A DNA stretch of 64,000 nucleotides from Trichinella spiralis (lineage: Eukaryota), in NCBI RefSeq assembly GCF_000181795.1, contig NW_003526941.1, positions 310,001 to 374,000 on the forward strand. The letters run 5' to 3'. Positions 52,453 through 64,000 of the stretch are shown here, piece by piece; positions within the stretch are counted from its first letter, which is position 1; each line of letters opens with the position of its first letter. The notes beneath the pieces are model-generated. The model searched no databases, had not been told where the DNA came from, and saw only the letters and a list, made by a program, of their open reading frames with translations. Made by a program: the position numbers and the translations under genes.

Positions 52453-53653
52453 CAATCACTGGCGCGTCTGGCTTTTCTGTTTGTTAATTTTCTTTCACCC
52501 ACTCTTCCCATTGGACATTTTCATTTCCCTATATTTATTTCTATCTTTATAATTTTTTTCTTCTTTTTCTTTATTATTCTTCATCAGAGAAATGCACTGT
52601 TTTTTATTTTATCCGATGTTATGCGAAAATGTGATAGTGTGCCTGCAGCCTGATTTTTTCCCAAATTTTTGCTTTTCATTTTTCCACTTTTCGTCCTTTA
52701 TCATTGAAATTAATTTTCCCATGTGCAGAAAGGAAAATTGAAATTTTCAACAGTTCAAGCAAAAACGGAGAGATATATATCACACAGATGCACATCAGAG
52801 TGGTGTTGTCGTTACGTCGTGGCCGTTGCCAGCGCACGTCGATATGATAATTTTGGCAAGCAGTTTGTCTGCTTTTTTTCATTTCTTCTGTTTGTTCGTT
52901 TTCATTTTTCTCTCCTCTGATGCCTCCGCCGACCACATTCCTCCCGAAACGCGCATGTGGAGGTTGTCGCTCATGCTTGGACGGCACCTCTTTGGCTGTT
53001 TATACGGTGATGGAACCACTTTAAAGTAAACTAAACAAAATGTTGTATTTTACGATAATAATTATTTTGTCGTCTATTATTTATCATGATCGAAAATAAG
53101 AATTAACGTGTGTTTTTTTTATCATCATCGATGGTTAGTTTTGTGATTCATACGCACGTACATTACAAGCCGGTGCGCGCTGCCATGAGATAGATAGATA
53201 TCCGCTACGTATTTCTGCCGTCAGCTTTGCGCAAGCATTGGCAAAGTTTGATTTGTTCAAGCAGTTGTTAATTTAATGAATAATTTATCCGCTTCACATT
53301 TATTTTATACTGTATATTTGTATTCAATATTTTTTTTTCAAATTTCAAGTTTCGCACGCTGTTCGTTTTGTGTCTGTGCTTTGCTGCATGTAGCACAGCA
53401 ACGCATTTTCGCATTGTTAAGTATTTCATTGTTGTTTTTTTCTTTCTGAATCAAATTTATTACTGTTCTCCCATGTTCTAGGTCCAAAATGAGAAAAACG
53501 CAACAAACAAGAGTAAAATTAATTGGAACAGAATTCAACCTTGTCTCGTAAACGGCAAAACAGATAAATAAATAAATAAATATACACACTCTGTTAAATG
53601 AACGAGAAAGGAAAAGAAGACAATTTCGTAACTGTTGCAGCACTGTTGATAAT

Positions 53654-55300
<1,647 letters not shown>

Positions 55301-56240
55301 TTTAATGTAGCAGCTAATGAAAAATAAAATCAATAAAAGCAGTAAATGTATATAATTCAGAGTACTGTAAAAAAATTAATGAAAATTAAGATTAAACATT
55401 TAAATTTTCTATGTCATTAAAACCTGAAAAAGAAGTTTACAGAGATAAGGATCTTTTAAAATCAATGCATCATAAACGTAAATTACTGCTTTAAATACAA
55501 ATTAAACAATTTCATCAATTTTAAATATTAATTACAGTAAAGTATAATGCCAACGCATACGGTAGGTAGTAGTGACACATCAGAATATCAAAAATTGTTT
55601 TTCCTGCTCAGATATTCCATTTTAATGTTTTTTAAATTTAAATAAATTATTATATTACATTATTTAAATAGTTTCCAATAATTCGGAAATCTAAGTACAA
55701 AAATTTTCTTTTTCCAAGTGTCCAAAAGTGTGCAGGTGTGAAACTTGCTGCAAAAATTACTTCATAACAATGCAATGCTCTAAAAGAAGGCAGAATTTTA
55801 AGATTTTTATGTCATACAATCATGCATATTTATAAATCTTGACCTAAACCAGGTGCCTATTTAATATATAAATGTAGCAGTTGCGTATTATTAATTGAAA
55901 AAATTAATTATGTAAAATGACTAATTTTCACCTTTTGATGCATAACATATTTTATTGTCCGGATAACTGTAGTTTCGACCAACAAAAGCACACTTTTATT
56001 TGAGCCTGCTAATCATTTCTAGTAATTTCTACGGAAACTGAACTTCATTCATATTCGTTGTTCTTTTTAGTGGAATCAGTTCTACATTGGTTTGTGGCTT
56101 AAAGCGCTTACAGTATTTATTTACTGTGAAGATTATTTCTGAACTGAAGTTGATTTTTATTTAAAAGTGGCGGTTATTGCTGCTTGAAAAGCTTTTAATT
56201 ACTGATATACTGAAAAAGCAAAGCAATTTTTCTAACTAAA
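55301..56240. promoter_or_regulatory. Putative shared divergent promoter region between rad51 and ahsa1
   Basis: The head-to-head start codons are 940 bp apart. No transcription start site can be located from sequence alone. Confidence 0.5.
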
Positions 56241-57913
56241 ATGGCACTGTGGGGACAAGGTGATCCGCGATGGATAGTTGAAGAACGTCCTGATGCAACT
56301 AACGTTAACAACTGGCATTGGTAATTTTAAAATAGATATTTTCATGGTCAACACTTTAAAAATATGTTTCTTCTTTTAACCAACTGTGAAATGGATGATA
56401 GATTGTTATGAATGCGTTATTTTATGTTGAATTTTGTCACAGAATGAAGATTGTTTAGGACTGAACGTAATGCAACACCGTGGTCAAAACGCCGGTTCTC
56501 GGAGCTTTTGGAAAATATGAAAATTGATTCAGAAAGAAGTAACTTTGTCCAGCATTTAAATTAATTAATTGCTTCTTTGCTGTACATTTCATCTTTGTAG
56601 TTGAATGTGTGATAAAATCGATTGCAACTGTGGAAGGTGAAGCTACAGCTAATAATCGTAAAGGAAAATTAATATTTTTATTTGAATGGAATATTGTGCT
56701 AAACTGGACAGGAAAATTAAAAGACGGTAACAACGAAATTGAAGGAACTGTGGAAATTCCAAATTTAAGTGATGAAAATTCAATTGATGAAATTTCGGTA
56801 AATTTTGCATTTTTGAATACGGGTATATTTTGATTTTTGAATAAATTTAGTACTGTTGTTATTTTTATTATTAATTTTACTTTAGTGTAATATTTCTTAT
56901 TAGCCGATTATGGCGTCAGCATATTAATTGTAGATTGAAGTGACTTGTAAAACAAGTGATGCTGAAAGTGATGAAGTGCTTTCTGTAATGCGGAGCGAAG
57001 GTGTCCCTATGATAAGGAAACAGCTTGCTACTTATCTGGATGAATTGCGCAAAGAATTTGGTCAGAAGTTGATTCTTCCAACAAAAGACAATACATCACC
57101 AGTAGTTCAGTATAAAGAAACGAAGTCAGTCTCTGAAACGTCTCGCATATTTCAAGAGGTTTTGTGTATTTATTAATAGTATTTTTTAGTTGGTTTTATT
57201 CTTAGAATTCTGTTTTAGAATAAAGATCGCAGTGCAAATAAAAATTCTGGTGTTTTAGAAGCTACTACTTCTTTAGATATGAAAGATACTTTTAAATGTA
57301 CCGGAGATGTTTTATATACCTTCTTCATTCATGCTCCAGTTTGTTATGCTTTTATTTCAGTCAGTTGTTTTTAGTTATTTTTCTTTTAATATTTATTCAT
57401 ATTTAGTCAATTGAAATGTACACTCGATGCCCTTGTACCATTAATGCTGTTCCCGGCGGAAATTTTACAATGTTTAATGGTATGATAACCGGAAGCTACA
57501 TCGAATTGGTATGTATGCATGTTAATTGCGTAACGAATGATGCAGTTCAGCATTTTAATGTGCTGTAACGTAAAAATGCAGTTGTCATTAACATTGCACA
57601 TAGTTATTATGGTTATATTTTGTCATTTCATAGGTGTTGAACCAAAAAATTGTAATGAAATGGAGAATGTCTACATGGCCAAGAGATCAGTTCTCTGTTG
57701 TAACTCTTTTATTTGAACAAAAGGACGACTGTTCCGAAATAGTTTTAAATCAGACAGGTATCCCAGCTTCGCAAGTTGAAAATACTGAAGATGGATGGAA
57801 AAGGTTTATTGTAACGTTACTAATTTATTCTCCATGAATAAATCACGTTTTCTTTTAGACATTATTTTAATGCCATCAAAATGGTATTTGGTCTTGGCGC
57901 TCCTCTGATTTAA
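56241..57913 (+). CDS. ahsa1: Activator of Hsp90 ATPase Aha1 (8 exons: 56241-56320, 56459-56538, 56601-56797, 56934-57158, 57219-57338, 57407-57508, 57634-57803, 57859-57913; 342 aa)
   Basis: MALWGQGDPRWIVEERPDATNVNNWHWTERNA, EGEATANNRKGKLIFLFEW, EIPNLSDEN and a START-like C-domain (KIVMKWR...QTGIP...GWKRHYF). Exon phases agree (1029 nt). Confidence 0.96.
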
Positions 57914-60624
57914 TGGTGATATGAACTGTCTGCGTAATGTAAAGTTATTTAAATAAAATCGAACATATCAGTTAATATCAACAATATCTGAAAGCCGAAT
58001 GAAAGTAAAAGATATGATTGATTGACTGTTCTACTTGTTTTAATAAAGAGATGAAGTGTATGTAATTTTTTAAAAGTAAATTTTCTATAAATATTGTAGT
58101 ACGAATATTTATTTATTTATTTATTAAAATAAAACTGTTACGAAAATCCGAAGTTCTGGATGATGCAATTGAAATTCTTTACTGCATACGGTACTTTCTA
58201 AAACAATAATTCAATACTTGACAGTCTACCGTATGCAATACAAAATGTTGTTTAGTCGACGGTTTATTGCCTTCTACAGTTATACTCATATAAAAAAACC
58301 GGTGAGTATTTATGAAATAATATTGAAGTATAATATGACAAAAGTATCATTTTTAAATTTGTTCATGCAAATATTTTGTGTTTAAGTTTGTTAGCACAGT
58401 TATTAGCGAAAGGTGCACATTCTTGCGTTTTTTATTTGCTGAATACTAGTATTTAAGGCGAATTATTAAAAGTATTGAAGTTTGTTGTTTTAAATATAAT
58501 TGTAAAATGAAACATGAAAAATAAAGTGCAGTTCTAATTGTCAGTAAAGTTTTTCAGTACATGATAATTTTTTTTCTTATATATAAATACGGGTACATTG
58601 ACTATTTATTGAAATTGAATATTGCTTTGAAGTTTTTCATCCCCAAGTAAAGAGATATCTTCTGTATTGAATGCTAATTCTTGACTTTTGGAAATTGTTT
58701 TATTTTCTCATTGCGTTCCTTTCTAACCTCTGACACCAAAGTTAATTTTTTTCTGTGCTGAATTTTTTAGTTATTATTTTATCGACGAATTTGATGTTTT
58801 AATTGTTTCGCAGTAATGATTGAACATTCGAATTTCCTTAACTAGGTTTTATTTCAATCGACATATTTATATAATAAATCAGTTTGCAGCTGCTGAATAG
58901 GATGGCAGCACAAAATCATATCTCAGTAGTAATATTTTGATTCGAATGCATGGTAGAGAAATTATAGCTTTTAAAACGTTTTCTCTGTTCTATGTAAGAA
59001 TTACGGTTTTATCGTACGTTTAAATTGTAGAGTGGAAAGTAAAGTTGAATGGCATCGGATCAGTTTGGCCGAGTAAAATTTCTTCGCGCAAGCATTGTTA
59101 CCACTACATTGTAAGGTAAGTGAATATTTTCTTATTCTTTGGCAAATTCACGAAAATATGGTTAACACATTTCTTCTTCAAATCATATTTGAAATGAGTG
59201 AATGTTGAACACTGACAGCATCAGAAATTCAATTTATGCAAAATTTGATTTACTGTAGGTTAGAAATGCAGGTTTAAAGGGAAATGTTTGATTCAGAATA
59301 ACATTTGACGTTAAGTTGGTGATGTTTGTTTTGTTTAACGTGATTTCAGTTCATCTTGTTAGTTTTTTGAAAGCATCTGTGAGTATTGTTTATTTATTAA
59401 TATGTTTGCTGCAGTGTGAGTGTTGCATTACGTATATTTTCAATTGCATTAAACTTTGGTTTAAATGAAAGATGCGAAAGATCAGATGAGATTTTTCACA
59501 TTCATTATTTTATTACTTTTGTATTAATTTGATACTTTTTCTTTTTATGCGTCATTTAATTCTGTCTGGTAGTTCATTTTAGCATTTAACATTTCACGCA
59601 GCTTATTTTCAAGGGAATAGGTTGAACCATTTTTACTTTACGAATGTTAACTTTGAAGATTTTCGATCACGCAAAATGACATTAAATTTCAGTTTTGTAA
59701 ATTCGAGAAAGTTCGACTAGATTCATCTGTTTTCTTAGAATATTTCAATTACGTATACTTTTTTGGGTTTGCTTAAGGTCATCTGACTGTGACGGGCTGA
59801 TTAGTTGTTTGATTGTTGACATTCGTTTGTGAATTCCATTGTATGGTATATTTTAGTTGTTGCTTTTTATACTATCATAATAAATAACAGCTTTTCTTTA
59901 ATTTTTTTGACGTAAAATTTGATACACATTTAATGAGTTATTGTGGGTTATTATTGTTTCAAATAATTGTAAATAAATAGTTGTGAGAATTTCTTTTTTT
60001 GAAATATTGTTTAATAAAAATTTTCATGTATGTTATGGTTCAGAAGAAGGGATAAAATGTAATGTAATTAATCAAACATAGTAGTACTTGTGCCAGCGAG
60101 AACTTTTTCTTTAATGAAATGAATTGATCCGCTTAAATTGCTGATAACGCACAACCGTATTATGCTCGTAATTCCATCTGTCCGCCAACGGTCGTTTAAC
60201 AACTCTGCCGGACATGTGGTCAATTTCGATTTGAGGAACATCTACATCCTCCATTCATTAGTAACGGCAATTGCATCACTTGAGCCGAAAAATAATGATA
60301 ATAATAATAATAATAGCAATTTCGACAGCTGCTTTGAGTTAAGCTTTTTTTCTTCTCTTTTTCTGTGCTGATCCTTTGTCAAGTCTGTTTCTCTTTTCTC
60401 ATTCATCAGGGTTGCTTCCATTATACATACTAACAATGGAAAATTAAGAAAAAAACCAATATGAAGTAGATTTTATAATATTTCTTGGCTTTGATATTTG
60501 ACAAGTACTGAAACGCGTTTTTCCATCATCATCATCATCATGAATCGAACATGTCCCAAATGGTTTTGCCCAATCGATGCGTTGTCAGGCAATGCTCCAA
60601 GTGAACTGGACACGTGAAATCTAG

Positions 60625-62929
60625 ATGGACAACGTTAGTGGTAATGTTGTCAATTGTGATAAAGCTGAGTTGACTAATGTTACCAATATTTTTTGTCCGC
60701 TCTTCCCGAGCTTTCATTAGATTTTCTACAATTAACATTCACTTTGTATACGAGCGTTGACCACCACCACCACCACCTACGTTGGCTGGCTTGCTTGTTT
60801 GCTATTATAATTATTACTGTTATTATCATTATTGCTAGATCTATGACCGCTATTTTCTTGATTTAATTTTCAAATCAATTATTATTGTAGTTCTTTTTCT
60901 CTTCACTGTATTCAAAATTTATTATTTCTATCAATGGAATAATTAAAATTTAATCACCAATATAAATATCTTTAATCGATGAATAAATTCACAAATACCA
61001 TTATCCATTTCATTAGGTTGGAAATATTTTCTTCAAATTCCACATCGAAAATGTTGAACTTGTTATTTTAAATAATTTTATTACTTGCTAAATTTCCAGT
61101 TGGCCGATAATTATTATTGCGTTTTCTGTGTTTAAAGGAAAATTAATTTTGGAAAAAAATAATTATTATTTTGGTAATAATTTAGCTTGAATGCTGCGTG
61201 ATTTGCCACGTGTAATTTTTTTCTTTCTTCTTCAAAAGAATGCATTTTAATTTTGTAATATTGTCCGATTTTATTTATTTGATGTTTTATTGTTGTTGTT
61301 GTTTGAAAATTCGCTTTCAGTGTAAAATTAGCTTTTCTGATGTGCAGAAAATGCATGCTATTAATGTTGAACGTGTGTAAGCTTGGTGCACAATTTTAAT
61401 GCGTGGTAAATTTTTATTTCTGTTAAATCAGTCAGTTGCACAAGTGGCCGCAATTGACATTCCCGCGTCGCTTATTGACTTTTTTTTATACATTGCTTAC
61501 AATATTCAGCTTCTTTTTTTCTCACCGTCACAAGTGGAATGTTGATGAAAGTGAATCGTCCATAATTCTTCTTTTTTATGCTGCACTTTTTATTCGCCTC
61601 ATTGATCAATCATCACATTGTTGTAAAAATGTCGATTGGCTATTTTTTTCGTATTTTATAAAGTAAAAATATTTTATTCAATTTATGAAAGTTTTTTTGT
61701 CGTATGTATTATTATCATCTTTATTAGTATGCAAGTGAAGAAAAGGTATCTAATGAGCTATTACATCTTAATGATCGAATTTTTCCTATGCAACATTTTG
61801 TTTAGTTTACGCACGCATCATATTTCAAGACAAATTCTTAACGGGCATTTTGTCGTAAATATTGCTTAGCGACAGCTCTGCAAGCCGACTGGTGCTGTTT
61901 TGAAAAATTTTCAACTTTTCTTTTTATTATCAATTTTATACAAATTTTACCATTTCTTCTTTTCTATTTGCAATTCTTCAAGTATATATCTTTATATTTT
62001 TAGAGGATAAGTTTCATGATTATTATTATTATTATTCATTTTTTTAATATTAATTACAACTTTATGAGATAAATCTGAAAGTTGATGAACGTGACTTCTT
62101 GAAATAGTTGGTATCTTATCCTAGAGTCGTTGTGCTTGCCTTGAACACTTCTTGTTATAGTCAGTTTTATCAATTTTCTTGAATCTTGCAATCTACCTAT
62201 ATATCTGTTTACTTATTTATCCGTTACTCGTCGAATTATTATTATTCACGTGTGATGTGCTTGAATTCGTTTTTGTTTACTAAAATTAAGCTGCTGAGCT
62301 TGAACACAAACACCAGCACCATTGCATGAATGATGAATTTATTATTTTTCAAATTCAAATTTATTATTTTTTTTAAATGCTCAATGACAGAAAATTTTCA
62401 TTCGACAATTTATTATTGGGTATTGTTTATTTATTTACGATAGCTTGCCTGCTTTTGCCACTTGACGCATCTTTGTCATAGTAGTAGCCTCTGCTGCTAC
62501 AACGTTCGAATCCCACGTTTTCAAGCAATATTCTATTTTCATTCCAAAACTTATGCATACTGTGAATTTTGTTATTATTATTCAAGAATCAAGTTCAAAT
62601 TTTTATCATTTATTTATTTCACTTTTCGGTTACTTATTGTTTAAATTTGCTTTTGGTTTTTTTCGTCTTTGGGTAAATATTAGTAATCATTGTTCAATGA
62701 GTAAACTGAAATCTTAAATGGTGACATTTTTTTTAACCTGTACCGTATACTGCGTATGTATGTCTGTATATTAATAATAACTTTTTGTGGGTGTGGTTTT
62801 CTTTTTCTTTTTTTCCTTTTGGAAGAACGATCTGAACGTTTGGAGAAATTGCATCAAGTCTGTTGCCGATTGATTCACCACAAATTAGCCTTATTTCCTC
62901 CTGACGTGAAAGACAAAGACCATCGTGAC
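60625..62929 (+). CDS. 5' part of an unidentified gene continuing beyond the window (candidate exons 60625-60640 and 62826-62929)
   Basis: Exon 62826-62929 has a polypyrimidine tract plus AG and a GTATGT donor, and reads RSERLEKLHQVCCRLIHHKLALFPPDVKDKDHRD. A short ATG-containing exon (MDNVS + G, GTAATG donor) fits its phase. Upstream donors at 58302 and 59116 may mark 5' UTR exons. Confidence 0.4.
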
Positions 62930-63473
62930 GTATGTCCGTAGGCTTTTTGCGGACTTGTCGATCCATTCGTTGCCCACGTTTTTTTCCACTTTGCACTTGG
63001 GCTTTCATTTGAGCGATGCAATTTTGTTATTTTTCACGTTACTGAAAATTATATCAGGTAAATTAATGCAATTGATTATTTCAATTTATTTTTATTTGCC
63101 AATTTTATACACGCAACAGTAGTGACTTTTTTCTGTATTTTTTGCACACAAATCACAAAAATATGCAAATTTAGACGATTCGATCAAGCGACTGCAGAAT
63201 TGAATAAGATATAAAAGAAATAACTTTTTCTGAATACTTTTCCACAAGGGAACTTTGAATTACTATTTTCAATAAAAAAAATATCTACAACTATATGCAT
63301 AATAAATGTTTGTAGGTCTGAATTTTCTGAATGCAAAAACTAAAGTCGTTGAAAGGCAATGTTGCTGTTTAATGATAAATCCAAACTTTGATTCTGTTCT
63401 ATTGCATAAGCAAAGACTTTTTTTTAAAACTGTTTTAAGAACTTTACACTAATAACAACAAAATATTCTTTTT

Positions 63474-63476
<3 letters not shown>

Positions 63477-63517
<41 letters not shown>
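63477..63517. repeat. (TA)n microsatellite, about 20 units
   Basis: Seen directly. Confidence 0.97.
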
Positions 63518-63520
<3 letters not shown>

Positions 63521-64000
63521 TCAGTTTGTGCAGGTGAATTTAATTGAAATGAAATTTTCATTTTTCTTTCACTCTGTTCCATTGAATTGGACTTCTATTT
63601 ATGACTGTTCTTTAATTGCTTTTAATATTCATTTCAAATCTGTACTATTGTATTTGAAGTTTTATCTATTTCTTCAGCATTGGTATTTATTTATTATACA
63701 TAGGCAGCTTCTCGACAATAATAAGCATGTTGCTGTTGTTGATCAATTTTTAAAGGTAACATTTAATTGGAAAATATGTCTGATGATAAAAGTGATCAGA
63801 TTATTGATTTTGAAAATATAACTTATTACAACTTTCCTTTTTTGAAATATTTGTCTGATGTGTTTGTTATTAAAGCATTTTAAAATTAATAATAATTCCA
63901 ATTTTATAAAAAGGGTAGCGCATTTTTATTCCAAATTAGCATTCAAGTTATTTTTTTGCACTAACTTTGACATCTTGGAATGTATTATTAAAAATGAAAA

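Overview
AT-rich, intron-rich eukaryotic (animal) genomic DNA. The short 50-70 nt introns, microsatellites and an EGL-4-like PKG point to a nematode, probably clade I such as Trichinella; this is inference and was not searched. Exon models were built by hand from GT/GC-AG boundaries and frame continuity. Genes in order: Wnt5/cwn-2-like (+), an intronless orphan helical protein (-), RPP21 (-), a five-exon BORCS7-like gene that the ORF track mostly misses (-), twinfilin (+), a CHK/EcKL-type kinase-like gene (-), cGMP-dependent protein kinase egl-4 (+), a secreted two-MAM-domain protein (+), PAR-1/MARK (+), RAD51 (-), AHSA1/Aha1 (+) and the 5' part of an unidentified gene running off the right end. 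The most unusual feature is that the last coding exon of the BORCS7-like gene overlaps the start of the intronless RPP21 ORF in another frame, with no intercistronic space. This implies a bicistronic mRNA or a splice acceptor used both in cis and in trans. Also present: a hAT (Charlie/Buster-type) MITE in a par-1 intron, a GC-AG intron in the PAR-1 KA1 domain, and several stop-free 3n introns.
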